Sequence record: DRR378314_166
DNA length: 64,000 bases
Direction: 5' to 3' (one strand)
The notes below the pieces were generated by a model. That model was not told where the DNA came from and did no database searches. It saw nothing but the letters and a program-made list of their open reading frames with translations. The translations under genes were made by a program, and so were the position numbers. Below, in pieces: positions 48,696 to 58,924 of the stretch (position 1 is the first letter of the stretch; the number at the start of each line of letters is the position of its first letter).

Positions 48696-49439
48696 TTACA
48701 GCAGAGGGAGAAGTCTTTCTGGATAATCAGTGATTATTGCGTCCACCCCCCAGTCCAGCAGGGGCTTGGCTGTTTCGGCGTCATTAACCGTATAAATCAG
48801 GATTTTGATCCCAGCCTGCTGAACGGATTTAACAATTTCAGATGTGACAAAATCCTTGTCGATATGCAAACTGACGGCACCCACTTCCGTCAACCGGCGC
48901 TCCCACTCGTGGGGAAGCACATCTGTCAGATATCCTCTCGGGATATCAGGTGAGATCGACTGAGCAACCTCAAGAGCCTCAATATCAAACGAAGAAATCA
49001 GGGTCGGCGGGATCAAGTCACCAAGTGAACTCAGATCCTCCAGCACGCGTTCTGTCGTCGGAACCTGCCAGCCTCCCAGCGGTTTTATTTCCAGATTAAC
49101 GCTCATGCCGAGCTCTGCAAGGCGGGTAAAAGCTTGTTGTAAGGTGGGGATTTGTGCGCCAGAAAATTCAGGTGAGAACCAGCTTCCTGCGTCCAGTTGC
49201 TGAATTTCTGCGAGAGTTTTTAATCGAACCTTGCCGTCCCCATCCGTACAGCGGCGCACATTGTGATCGTGACAGATCACACACGCGTCATCGCGGGTCA
49301 GCATCACATCAATTTCAACAGAATTTGTCCCCAATTCCAACGCTTTTTCCAAAGCAGTTATTGTATTTTCCGGGGCGTGGCCACAGGCGCCTCTATGCCC
49401 GATGATTTTTGGCATAACATCAAGAAAGGAAACTGACAT
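48696..49439 (-). CDS. ugpQ: glycerophosphodiester phosphodiesterase
   Basis: IIGHRG...APENT, E.DV.L..D, HD, LDAGSWF, NLEIK, YTVND and ITD.P motifs. Confidence 0.9.
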   Translation of the reverse strand: MSVSFLDVMPKIIGHRGACGHAPENTITALEKALELGTNSVEIDVMLTRDDACVICHDHNVRRCTDGDGKVRLKTLAEIQQLDAGSWFSPEFSGAQIPTLQQAFTRLAELGMSVNLEIKPLGGWQVPTTERVLEDLSSLGDLIPPTLISSFDIEALEVAQSISPDIPRGYLTDVLPHEWERRLTEVGAVSLHIDKDFVTSEIVKSVQQAGIKILIYTVNDAETAKPLLDWGVDAIITDYPERLLPLL

Positions 49440-49469
49440 GGTATACTCCCGGACGGATAGGCAAAACGC

Positions 49470-50168
49470 TTAGAATAAAGATTTTTGATCTTCGGTTATT
49501 TCCCATTTTATAGGAGAATTACCGTGTTCTATCAAATAGTTATTTGTTGCAGAAAAATGTCCGTTTCCGATAAATCCCCGGCTGGCTGATAAGGGGGACG
49601 GGTGGACGCTTTTGAGCAGCAAGTGCCGGTCTTGATCAATGAGGGAGGATTTTGCAATTGCATGATTTCCCCATAAAAGAAATACCAGATGTTGGCGTTC
49701 TTGATTTAAAGTCCGAATGATCTCGTCTGTCAGAATTTCCCAACCTTTTTTTTGATGAGAAGCCGCTTTTCCTTCCTCCACGGTTAGGACCGTATTAAGC
49801 AGAAGAACCCCTTGATCTGCCCAGCTTTTCAAATGGCCATGGGAGGGAATTGGCAAATCCAGATCACGTGAAATTTCTTTGAAAATATTTTTCAGGGAAG
49901 GGGGGATGGATGTGCCTTTTTGGACTGAAAAAGCAAATCCATGGGCCTGACCTTTTCCATGATAGGGATCCTGACCTAGAATGACGACTTTTACGCTGGA
50001 CAGTGGTGTCGCCTTTAAGGCGTTAAAGATATCTGCTTGTGGTGGTAAGATAACTTTTCCGTTAGCTTTTTCCCGCTCCAGAAAATGCGCCAGGTCCTTT
50101 AAGGCCGGGCTTTGAAGTGTCTTGGCAAGATATGGGTCCCAACTGGGCTCGATGTCCGAAAATTGCAT
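49470..50168 (-). CDS. ung: uracil-DNA glycosylase (family 1)
   Basis: [29 protein letters not shown] and HPSPLSA motifs. Confidence 0.97.
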   Translation of the reverse strand: MQFSDIEPSWDPYLAKTLQSPALKDLAHFLEREKANGKVILPPQADIFNALKATPLSSVKVVILGQDPYHGKGQAHGFAFSVQKGTSIPPSLKNIFKEISRDLDLPIPSHGHLKSWADQGVLLLNTVLTVEEGKAASHQKKGWEILTDEIIRTLNQERQHLVFLLWGNHAIAKSSLIDQDRHLLLKSVHPSPLSASRGFIGNGHFSATNNYLIEHGNSPIKWEITEDQKSLF

Positions 50169-50364
50169 TTCAGTCTCAATGAAAAATTGTTGTTTTTAAA
50201 TGGGTTGACCCGCATTCTTAAATGATATGATGGTTGTGAATTTGGATAGATTAAACCGACAGTTTGGGAGAGCCAAGTCGATTTTTGCATATATTTAGCT
50301 GCATTTATTACATGATGCTTCTGTCAAGTTCCGCTTGACTTGTCCATTTTTTATCGCATCATTG

Positions 50365-50380
50365 TTTGTATACATACAAA
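50365..50380. promoter_or_regulatory. palindromic operator upstream of the nicotinate operon (GntR/FCD-like)
   Basis: TTTGTAT-AC-ATACAAA 10 bp before the ATG, just downstream of a TTGACT(50335)...CATCAT promoter-like element. Confidence 0.6.
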
Positions 50381-50390
50381 GGGTTTGAGC

Positions 50391-51239
50391 ATGGGGGACT
50401 ATATCCGGCCAACAGAGCTTGAGGAGGCTTTATCAACCTTGTCTAAAGGAGGATGGACGATACTCGCCGGTGGTACAGATTATTATCCTGCAAAAGTTGG
50501 CTTGAAATTAAACGAAAACCTCCTGGATTTGACTGCCATTGAAGGGTTAAGGGGTATCCAGAAGCGGCAGGACGGTTGGTTTATTGGTGCAACAACCACC
50601 TGGACGGATATAGTTCGGTGTGATCTTCCGCCGTGTTTTGACGGGTTGAAAGCCACCGCTAAAGAGGTTGGCGGCGTTCAGATTCAAAACCGGGGAACGG
50701 TTGGCGGGAATATCTGCAATGCGTCCCCCGCAGCGGATGGGGGCGCGGCTTTAGTTGCCTTAAATGCAGATGTGGAAATTATGGGGCCACGTGGCCTCAG
50801 ACAAATTCCCTTAACAGAATTTGTGCGGGGAAATCGGGAAACGACCCTAGGCGAAGGTGAGCTTGTAAAAGGCTTTTGGATCCCCGTCCTTAACTCCGAT
50901 CAGACGGCCAGCTCATTCCTCAAATTAGGTTCGCGAAAATATCTTGTTATCTCGCTCGTTATGGTCTCAGGGGTTGTCGGCTGGTCATCAGAGGGAATAA
51001 TTACGGAACTGCGGATCGGGCTCGGCGCCTGTTCTCCCGTTGCTAAACGGCTCTTTCAACTGGAAAAATCGCTCATCGGGTGCCAACTGGATAACAGCTT
51101 GCACGAGCGGGTAGAAGATCATCATTTTGGGGATTTGAACCCGATTGATGATGTGCGGGCGTCGGCAAGTTACCGCCGGGAGGCGTCTAAGACTTTGGTA
51201 AAACGGCTGCTTGCCAACTGGGGGCAGGAATATGGTTGA
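50391..51239 (+). CDS. FAD-binding subunit of a xanthine-dehydrogenase-family Mo-hydroxylase (nicotinate dehydrogenase type)
   Basis: AGGTD, VGG.QIQNRGT.GGN.CNASPAADG, F.KLG.R.YLVIS and PIDDVRA...YR motifs. Start ATG 50391. Confidence 0.9.
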   Translation: MGDYIRPTELEEALSTLSKGGWTILAGGTDYYPAKVGLKLNENLLDLTAIEGLRGIQKRQDGWFIGATTTWTDIVRCDLPPCFDGLKATAKEVGGVQIQNRGTVGGNICNASPAADGGAALVALNADVEIMGPRGLRQIPLTEFVRGNRETTLGEGELVKGFWIPVLNSDQTASSFLKLGSRKYLVISLVMVSGVVGWSSEGIITELRIGLGACSPVAKRLFQLEKSLIGCQLDNSLHERVEDHHFGDLNPIDDVRASASYRREASKTLVKRLLANWGQEYG

Positions 51240-53976
51240 AACCCTCTCCTTTACCGTTAATGGTCAATCTGTTTCTATTGAAGCCAATGGCAGTGATCGG
51301 CTATCGGATGTTCTTCGAAATCAGTTGTCACTGACCGGCACAAAAGTCGGCTGTAATGCCGGTGACTGCGGTGCCTGCACGGTGTTGGTGGAAGGGGAGC
51401 AGGTCTGTTCCTGTCTAACGCCTGTTGGACAGGTGGCTTACAAACATATTGAGACTGTTGAAGGAATGGCCAAGAATGGCTCGCTTGATCAGTTGCAACG
51501 CGCTTTCAAAGAACAGGGTGCTGTCCAATGCGGGATCTGCACACCAGGGATGTTGATGGCAGCATCCACTCTGACCCGAAATGAATCTCGCCCATCCCGC
51601 AAGGAAATCGAAGATGTCATCGGGGGGGTTTTATGCCGCTGCACGGGATATCAAAAAGTGGTGGAGGCGGTCCTGTCTCTGACCGAAGAAAAGCGAGTTA
51701 AGGATCAACCCGCAGATCAAGGTTCCGTTGGCCGATCGCTACAGAAAGTAGATGCAGATCCAAAACTGACCGGGCAGGAAAAATATGGTGCAGATAACAT
51801 CCCGCCTGATGCACTTTGGGTGCGGATTATACGTTCCCCCCATGCAAATGCGCGGGTTCTGATCGGAGATTTCAGCGGGCTGATTTCTGAAACGGCAGGG
51901 TTGGAAGATATTCTGCAGCACCATGATATCCCGTTTAACCGGTTTGGGATTTATCCAGTCGGTAAAGATCAACCAGTCCTGAGTGAGGGGCGCGTTCGAT
52001 ATCGCGGCGATGCAGTAGTCGCTCTGGTTGGAGAGAAAGAGGTCGTTGCCGGATTTTCCTTGGCCGATTTACCGATCGAATTTGAAATTTTGTCCCCAAT
52101 TGAAACGCTGGATCAGGCGAGGGAGGCGACAGCTCCCCAGATTCACGATGGCAAAGTCGGAAATGTTCTGATTGAGGGAACCGTTCACAAGGGAAGCCCA
52201 GGAAAAATTGCCGAGACATCTTCGATCACGGCAACAGGGGAGTTTACAACACGGTTCGTCGAGCATGCCTATATAGAGCCAGAGGCCGGATGGGCCCGAA
52301 TGGTCGAAGGGCGGGTTGAAATGCATGTCTCCACTCAGGCCGTTCATATGGACCGGGACGAGATTGCGAATGTTCTTCAATTGGAAAAAGAACAGGTACG
52401 GGTCATCCCGACCGCATGCGGGGGTGGTTTTGGTGGGAAGCTGGATGTAGCTGTTCAACCTATTTTGGCGGTTGCTGCAACCCGGTATAACAGGTCCGTC
52501 GCTTGTGTTTTTGAGCGGCCGGAAAGCATGATGGCGAGCACGAAGCGGCATCCGTCAGAAATCAGCTGCCGCTTTACATCTGATACTAAAGGTTTGCTGC
52601 AATCTGTTGAAATGACAGCAGATTTTAATACCGGTGCTTATGCCTCCTGGGGGCCAACAGTGGCAGGACGGGTGCCCGTTCATGGGAGCGGACCGTATTT
52701 TGTCCCGAATGTTAAAATAACCGGGCGGGGGATTTATACCAATGGCCCGCCCGCCGGTGCGTTTCGGGGGTTCGGCGTGCCACAAGCCGCTATCGCCCAT
52801 GAGTGCATGATGGATGATCTGGCAGAAAAACTGAACCTGGATCGGCTGGAAATTCGCCTGAGAAACGCAATCAAAGCTGGTCAGGAAACAGCTACCGCAC
52901 AGAAACTGGAGGCGAGCGCTGGCATGTCGGCTTGTCTTGAAGCTTTGAAAGGACCCTGGGATACGCTTCAGACGGAAGCCAACAGGTTCAATCGTCTCTC
53001 AGATGGGTCCCGTCGGCAAGGGGTCGGTATTGGTGCCATGTGGTACGGTATCGGCAATACATCCTTATCCAATCCTTCAACTCTGGAAGTTGGTATTGAC
53101 CCTGACGGTAAACTCACCCTCTTCAATGGTGCCGTTGATATTGGTCAGGGGTCTAATACCATTTTGATCCAGATTTGCGCAGATGCTCTCGGTCTTCCGG
53201 CAAGTCAGTTTTCTTATGTGATGGGGGACAGCGACCTTACCCAAGATGCCGGAAAAACATCTGCCTCTCGTCAGACTTTTGTCTCTGGAAAGGCTGCAGA
53301 ACTAGCCGGGTTGGATCTTCGCCACGCCATCCTCCGGCATTTAAATGCGGGCGTAGAAGCGACATTTCGGCTTCAAGATCAGTATTTATTTGTGACGGAC
53401 GGCGGCATTACCCATCAGATTGATTTGAAGAATTTGAAACAGGGTCCGAAAGGTCAGGTGTTTCTTGGCAGTGGATCTTTTGATCCACCAACCAGCCCGC
53501 TGGATAAGAATGGCCAAGGCGTGCCTTATGCGACTTATGGCTTTGCGGCGCAAATCGCATTGGTGGAAGTTGATGTTGAATTAGGCCAATCATTTGTGCG
53601 TAAAATTATTGCGGCACATGATGTTGGCAAGGCCATCAACCCCCAACTTGTTGAAGGGCAAATTCATGGCGGAATTGCACAGGGTTTAGGGCTGGCCCTG
53701 ATGGAGGAATATGTGCCTGGGAAAACGGAAAATCTGCATGATTATCTGATCCCCACAGTTGGCGATATGCCGGATATGCAAGTCCTGCTGATTGAAGATC
53801 CGGAGCCACTTGGCCCGTTCGGTGCAAAAGGCGTCGGGGAGCCGGGGCTGGTGCCAACTGCACCGGCTATATTTGGTGCAATTCGGAATGCAACCGGGGT
53901 TCGCATTACAGAAGCACCCATGTTGCCCCATCGCTTGCGCCAATTGATCCGACAGAAAGAGAGGACCATTGACTGA
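51232..53976 (+). CDS. fused 2Fe-2S/molybdopterin subunit, probable nicotinate dehydrogenase
   Basis: GC..GDCGAC, QCGICTPG and CRCTGY Fe-S motifs; EHAYIEPE, GGGFGGK, AFRGFG, GQG, TSASRQT and KGVGE Mo-domain motifs. Directly upstream of hnr. Confidence 0.85.
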   Translation: MVETLSFTVNGQSVSIEANGSDRLSDVLRNQLSLTGTKVGCNAGDCGACTVLVEGEQVCSCLTPVGQVAYKHIETVEGMAKNGSLDQLQRAFKEQGAVQCGICTPGMLMAASTLTRNESRPSRKEIEDVIGGVLCRCTGYQKVVEAVLSLTEEKRVKDQPADQGSVGRSLQKVDADPKLTGQEKYGADNIPPDALWVRIIRSPHANARVLIGDFSGLISETAGLEDILQHHDIPFNRFGIYPVGKDQPVLSEGRVRYRGDAVVALVGEKEVVAGFSLADLPIEFEILSPIETLDQAREATAPQIHDGKVGNVLIEGTVHKGSPGKIAETSSITATGEFTTRFVEHAYIEPEAGWARMVEGRVEMHVSTQAVHMDRDEIANVLQLEKEQVRVIPTACGGGFGGKLDVAVQPILAVAATRYNRSVACVFERPESMMASTKRHPSEISCRFTSDTKGLLQSVEMTADFNTGAYASWGPTVAGRVPVHGSGPYFVPNVKITGRGIYTNGPPAGAFRGFGVPQAAIAHECMMDDLAEKLNLDRLEIRLRNAIKAGQETATAQKLEASAGMSACLEALKGPWDTLQTEANRFNRLSDGSRRQGVGIGAMWYGIGNTSLSNPSTLEVGIDPDGKLTLFNGAVDIGQGSNTILIQICADALGLPASQFSYVMGDSDLTQDAGKTSASRQTFVSGKAAELAGLDLRHAILRHLNAGVEATFRLQDQYLFVTDGGITHQIDLKNLKQGPKGQVFLGSGSFDPPTSPLDKNGQGVPYATYGFAAQIALVEVDVELGQSFVRKIIAAHDVGKAINPQLVEGQIHGGIAQGLGLALMEEYVPGKTENLHDYLIPTVGDMPDMQVLLIEDPEPLGPFGAKGVGEPGLVPTAPAIFGAIRNATGVRITEAPMLPHRLRQLIRQKERTID

Positions 53977-55387
53977 CCCTCACACCGATCCGGATATTGT
54001 TCGCTGCGATGCCTGCCCTGTTTTGTGCCGCATTCGCAAAGGCAAGACGGGTGCCTGTGACCGGTATGGAAATGTGGCGGGTCAACTGACCCGGCTGGAC
54101 CCGCTGGTTGTGATGGAACGCGGCGGCAAAGCAACAACCCTGCCGCAATCGCGGGAACAATGGGATGGGAAATTGATGTCTTCCTCGGTCATGGTGACCG
54201 GCGTTGGATCGGGCACGACCTATCCAGATTATAAACCCGCCCCCTTTATAGTTGGGGCCAAACTCGACGGGGTCGATACGGTAACTGTTGTTTCTGAAGG
54301 GGTGTTCAGTTATTGCGGTGCTAAGGTCAAAATCGATACGGACCGGTATGTGGGTCCAGAAACCGCCCCGATCTTCGCCAAGGGGGAACAGGTTGGCCAT
54401 GTCACTACCGCAGAATATGGGAGCCAGATGCTATCCATTGGTGGGGTTCGGCATTTAACCGGCGGCTCCAAAAAAGAGGGACGGGTTACGTGTGATACCC
54501 TGCTTGCCCTTTGCAACCGTGAAGCGGTAGAGCTGTCTGTTGATGGTGGGGCAGAGTTGATCGTTGAAGCCGGTAAACCCCCTGTTGTTGATAACATCCG
54601 CGAAGAGAGAATGCGGGTGGGTTGTGGCTCTGCCACCATCGGGATTTTTGCACCGCAATGGCATGGCAAAGTGGATGAAGTGATCGTTGTGGATGATCAC
54701 ATCACCGGTGTCTTGAGTGAGCATCAAGCCGGTCAGTTTCTGGAAATGCCAGTATCGGGCATTCGGGTCCGGGGCCGACGCTCCACTCCGGGGCGGTATT
54801 TTCAGGTTGCAGATCATGGCGCTGGTTGGGGAGGGACAAATGTAACCAATCCCCTTGATATAATTGACCGGATTGATCCTCAGAAAGCCTTTGCCGGGAT
54901 GCGGCTATTGATGGTCTCGACAACTGGGCAGGATAGTGCGTGGTTTGTACTGGATGATCACCTGAACCCAATTGCAACGAAGATGCCCAGCGACATTCAG
55001 AAGGCAGTTGACCGGATTGCAGAAAATTGTGAACCGGCGCTGTGTTCAGTTCTATTTATGGCAGGTGCAGGGGGATCGTTACGGGCAGGGGTTACCGAAA
55101 ACCCGGTCCGGTTGACCCGATCGGTTAAAGAGCGTTTAACCAGTGTAACCTGCGGCGGAGCTGAAACATACATATGGCCGGGCGGCGGAATTACTTTGAT
55201 GGTGGATGTCCTGAAAATGCCAGAGAAATCGTTTGGATATGTGCCGACCCCTGCCATTGTTGCGCCTATTGAATTCACCATGACCCAGCAGGATTTTGCG
55301 GCACTTGGGGGTTATTCAGATCAGATCATTTCAGTGGATGATGTGCTGAGCCGGGAAGCCTTCCGGATTGAGAAAAGGCAGAACTGA
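53969..55387 (+). CDS. hnr: 6-hydroxynicotinate reductase
   Basis: N-terminal CDACPV.C.I..G..GACDRY, TTYPDYKPAPFIV, FSYCG.KVKIDTDR, MRVGCGSA, DDHITG and WPGGGI motifs. TTG start overlaps the previous stop. Confidence 0.82.
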   Translation: MTDPHTDPDIVRCDACPVLCRIRKGKTGACDRYGNVAGQLTRLDPLVVMERGGKATTLPQSREQWDGKLMSSSVMVTGVGSGTTYPDYKPAPFIVGAKLDGVDTVTVVSEGVFSYCGAKVKIDTDRYVGPETAPIFAKGEQVGHVTTAEYGSQMLSIGGVRHLTGGSKKEGRVTCDTLLALCNREAVELSVDGGAELIVEAGKPPVVDNIREERMRVGCGSATIGIFAPQWHGKVDEVIVVDDHITGVLSEHQAGQFLEMPVSGIRVRGRRSTPGRYFQVADHGAGWGGTNVTNPLDIIDRIDPQKAFAGMRLLMVSTTGQDSAWFVLDDHLNPIATKMPSDIQKAVDRIAENCEPALCSVLFMAGAGGSLRAGVTENPVRLTRSVKERLTSVTCGGAETYIWPGGGITLMVDVLKMPEKSFGYVPTPAIVAPIEFTMTQQDFAALGGYSDQIISVDDVLSREAFRIEKRQN

Positions 55388-55390
55388 TCC

Positions 55391-56260
55391 ATGTTTGCAC
55401 CTGCGACGGCACAATTTATGAAGGATGGACAGCGATTGCATTTGCAGCACGGCCCGTCCGATTTGATTTGTGAAGCTGTGGGCGAGCCTGATGCGGTCCG
55501 CGCCGCGTATGCTGCCGCAACAGCATTCTTCGCAACAGTCCTTGAGGGGATTGTGCTTGATCTTACAACGCTGAAACAACCGGTTTCTGGTCTACAAAAC
55601 CCTGTCAGCAGTCCGGTTAGCCAGCGAATGATCAAGCGGGCTTCTTGCTTTGCCAAGTATCGATATGTCACGCCGATGGCTGGGGTGGCTGGTGCAATTG
55701 CCGATGCCGTCTTGGCAGAAATGGCGGCTATACCAGGTCTTCAAAAAGCCTATGTGAATAACGGGGGTGACATTGCACTTTACCTGGCGGCAGGACAGAC
55801 CTTTTCAGCGGCGATCATTGATAACCAGGATCACCCGAAATGGGACGGAACGGCTCATGTTAAATCGCTTGATTGCGTGGGCGGTATTGCCACTTCGGGA
55901 TGGAAGGGACGGTCTTTTTCCTTTGGGATAGCTGACGCGGTAACTGTATTGGCGGCGGATGCGGTTACGGCGGATTTCGCAGCCACATTGATTGCAGGGG
56001 ATGTAACCGTGGAGTGCCCGCAGATTACGCGGCAAGCAGCCAAAGAGATGGATCCAGATAGCGATTTGGGGGATAGGTTGGTGACCACAGATGTAGGTCC
56101 GTTATCCCGCACCGAAAAATTTCTAGCATTGTCAGCGGGGGCAAAGACAGCCAAACTGTTTCAGTCCGCTGGACTAATTAACGGGGCTTATCTCTCCTTG
56201 CAGGGGGAGGTTCTGCAAGTCTCTCAACAGACAAGAAAAATAAGGGAGAAAGTGGCATGA
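55391..56260 (+). CDS. UPF0280 / ApbE-like protein
   Basis: L.HGP.DL, TPMA.VAGAIAD, VNNGGDIA and ATSGW.GRS.S.G.ADAVTVLA motifs. Confidence 0.87.
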   Translation: MFAPATAQFMKDGQRLHLQHGPSDLICEAVGEPDAVRAAYAAATAFFATVLEGIVLDLTTLKQPVSGLQNPVSSPVSQRMIKRASCFAKYRYVTPMAGVAGAIADAVLAEMAAIPGLQKAYVNNGGDIALYLAAGQTFSAAIIDNQDHPKWDGTAHVKSLDCVGGIATSGWKGRSFSFGIADAVTVLAADAVTADFAATLIAGDVTVECPQITRQAAKEMDPDSDLGDRLVTTDVGPLSRTEKFLALSAGAKTAKLFQSAGLINGAYLSLQGEVLQVSQQTRKIREKVA

Positions 56261-56844
56261 GTGATTTGGTAAAGGTTCGGAAAATCATCACTGAAGTCGA
56301 AGAAGTTTGGCACGAAGGGGGACCTGCCCTTCAGACTCCAATCTTGAAAGGATCCATTGCTGCCGTCGTGGAAAATCCATATGCGGGGAAATATGTTGAA
56401 GATATCACACCATTTATGGATGCGTTGAAACCGCTTGGTTTGCAGCTTGCAAACCGGCTGATTGATGCACTGGGCGGTGATGCCGCTAAAATCTGCAGCT
56501 ACGGCAAAGGGGCAATAGTCGGAGAGGATGGGGAAATGGAACATGGTGCAACCTGGCATGTCGCCGGTGGATATGCCATGCGCGAAGCCCTTGGCACAGC
56601 TCATGCCATTGTTCCTTCCAGTAAGAAGGTCTCTCATGTAGGGGGACGTTTGGATATTCCGCTTACCCATAAGGACGCTTCATATGTGCGAAGTCATTTT
56701 GACGCATTGGAAGTGGGGATTGGTGATGCCCCGCGGCGTCATGAAATTCTGTTCGCGCTGGTCATGGCAACGGGTGGACGGGTTCATGCAAGGCTTGGTG
56801 GATTGGCTGCTGAGGATATATCCGAGTTTAATGGCTTGAGATAA
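56257..56844 (+). CDS. amino-acid-synthesis family (DUF1185) protein
   Basis: EE..HEGGP, AV..NPYAG.Y, YGKGAIVG..GE.EH, RSHFD and DAP...E motifs. Confidence 0.87.
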   Translation: MSDLVKVRKIITEVEEVWHEGGPALQTPILKGSIAAVVENPYAGKYVEDITPFMDALKPLGLQLANRLIDALGGDAAKICSYGKGAIVGEDGEMEHGATWHVAGGYAMREALGTAHAIVPSSKKVSHVGGRLDIPLTHKDASYVRSHFDALEVGIGDAPRRHEILFALVMATGGRVHARLGGLAAEDISEFNGLR

Positions 56845-56875
56845 CATCGGGTTTGAGGCGTTTTTTGGGGGCGGG

Positions 56876-58924
56876 ATGACAGAAAAACTGATTGGCGTGG
56901 ATGTTGGGGGCACCTTTACAGATTTGATTTCTGTTGATCCTGGCTCCGGCGCCCTGGAAATTGCCAAAGTTCCGACCACGGTTGAAAACCAGGCTTATGG
57001 TGTTCTGGCCGCCTTGAAAGATGCGAAGGTTGATCTGGCAAGGGTTGCCGCAATCAATCATGGAACCACCACCACGACAAATGCTTTGCTGGAACGGAAA
57101 ATTGCCAAGGTGGGTTTGATTACCACCAAAGGATTCCGTGATGTTCTGGAGCTGGGGCGCCGGACCCGCCCGAAACCTTATGGACTAAAAGGCAGTTTCG
57201 CGCCCTTGATCTCTCGAAACCTCCGCCTGGAAGTTGCTGAACGAATGGATACGGATGGTAATGTCCTTATTCCGTTGGATGAGCAGGGCCTGGAAGCGGG
57301 TATCCTAGAGTTGCTTGAGGCAGGTGTTGAAAGTCTGGTCATCCACTTTTTACATTCCTATAAAAATCCTGCTCATGAACAACGGGCATTGGAGATTGCC
57401 AGAGTCCATTGGCCGAACAGCTATATTACCGCCGGACATCAGATTTTATCTGAATATCGGGAATATGAGAGAGGGACGACCGCATCGATTAATGCCGCGA
57501 TACAGCCTGTCCTGGATCGCTATATTTCGCGGCTGCAAGCCGAATTGACAGACGCAGGATTTCAGCATGATCTGCTGGTGATGCAGGGAAATGGCGGAAG
57601 CGTTGCCGCACCTATTGTTGCGGAAACGGCCGTCAACACAGTGATGTCCGGCCCTGCATCCGGCGTGATGGCCGCCGCGGCAACCGCCCGTGCCGCCGGG
57701 ATCGAAGGGGTCATTACCTATGATATGGGCGGAACGAGTTCGGATGTCGGGATCGTTCAAAACGGTGTCCCGCAGGTAACATCGGAGTTGGATCTTGAGT
57801 ATGGATTGCCAATTCATGTGCCCATGGTCGACGTTCATACAATTGGTGCTGGCGGCGGATCTATCGCCTGGATTAATGAAGCCGGGCTTTTGGAGGTTGG
57901 ACCGCAAAGCGCGGGGGCCACACCGGGACCGGTTTGCTATGGTCGCGGAGGGACGCAGCCAACCATTACAGATGCCAATCTGCTCCTCGGTCGGTTGGAT
58001 CCTGATGCACTTTTATCTGTTGAAGGTGCCACCTCCCGCGAGAGACTGGAATCTGTTTTTGAGGAAACCATCGGTAACCAATTGGGGTTGACGGCAATCG
58101 AGGTTGCGGAAGCCGTCATCCGAATTGCAAATGATAAAATGGCCGGCGCTATTCGGATGGTTAGTCTGTCCCGTGGACATGATCCACGGGATTTTGTCTT
58201 GTTTGCCTTTGGCGGGGCAGGGCCGCTTCATGGTGGGGCGTTGGCTCGGGAGCTTGGGATTCCAAGACTTTTGTTGCCGGTTCGTCCTGGAATTACAAAT
58301 GCTCTGGGATGTGTTGTCTCTGATTTGCGCCATGATTTTGTCAATACCATCAATAAACCGCTGGCAACCTTGGACGCAACAGATGTCCGATCCGTTCTTG
58401 AGGAACAGATCAAAGCCGGGCAAGAAATGATTGCGCGGGATAATATTCCGGTTAGTGAGATCAATCTGATTTTCACGGCTGATATGCAATTTCAGGGGCA
58501 GAGCCATATGCTACCGGTGACCATTAGCGGACCTGATGTCACGGTTGAGGAACTGCAAACACGGTTTGATGAAATCTACTGGTCCCGTTTCGGTGTTGAG
58601 TTGCCAGAGATCCGGGCCGTTCTGGTGAATGTACATACGGCAATTATTGGAAAGCGCGAGGGGATCTCATTTGCCGCGTTGAGATCAGATATGGCAAAAT
58701 TGACACTGTCGGAGGCTCAAATTGGCAGTCGTTCGGTATATTTTCACGGCCAATGGCTGGACACGCCGATTTATTTCCGCGACCTTCTGCCTGAAGATGC
58801 TGAATTTACAGGTCCGGCAATCGTCAATCAGTTAGATACGACAATTGTGATTGAACCGGATTGGCGTGTGACAGTTGATCCCATTGGAAATTTAAGGGTG
58901 GAGGTCGCAGATGAAGCAAATTGA
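56876..58924 (+). CDS. hydantoinase/oxoprolinase A (ATP-binding) subunit
   Basis: GVDVGGTFTD, HGTT..TNALLE, EYER, SGPA.G, DMGGTS.D, GAGGGS, SAGA.PGP.CYG.GG and FGGAG motifs. Confidence 0.93.
   Translation: MTEKLIGVDVGGTFTDLISVDPGSGALEIAKVPTTVENQAYGVLAALKDAKVDLARVAAINHGTTTTTNALLERKIAKVGLITTKGFRDVLELGRRTRPKPYGLKGSFAPLISRNLRLEVAERMDTDGNVLIPLDEQGLEAGILELLEAGVESLVIHFLHSYKNPAHEQRALEIARVHWPNSYITAGHQILSEYREYERGTTASINAAIQPVLDRYISRLQAELTDAGFQHDLLVMQGNGGSVAAPIVAETAVNTVMSGPASGVMAAAATARAAGIEGVITYDMGGTSSDVGIVQNGVPQVTSELDLEYGLPIHVPMVDVHTIGAGGGSIAWINEAGLLEVGPQSAGATPGPVCYGRGGTQPTITDANLLLGRLDPDALLSVEGATSRERLESVFEETIGNQLGLTAIEVAEAVIRIANDKMAGAIRMVSLSRGHDPRDFVLFAFGGAGPLHGGALARELGIPRLLLPVRPGITNALGCVVSDLRHDFVNTINKPLATLDATDVRSVLEEQIKAGQEMIARDNIPVSEINLIFTADMQFQGQSHMLPVTISGPDVTVEELQTRFDEIYWSRFGVELPEIRAVLVNVHTAIIGKREGISFAALRSDMAKLTLSEAQIGSRSVYFHGQWLDTPIYFRDLLPEDAEFTGPAIVNQLDTTIVIEPDWRVTVDPIGNLRVEVADEAN

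Noticed and set aside
50391-53976. Xanthine or CO dehydrogenase
   Set aside because: There is no CoxL AYXCSFR-type loop and no purine genes nearby. The adjacent hnr points to nicotinate.
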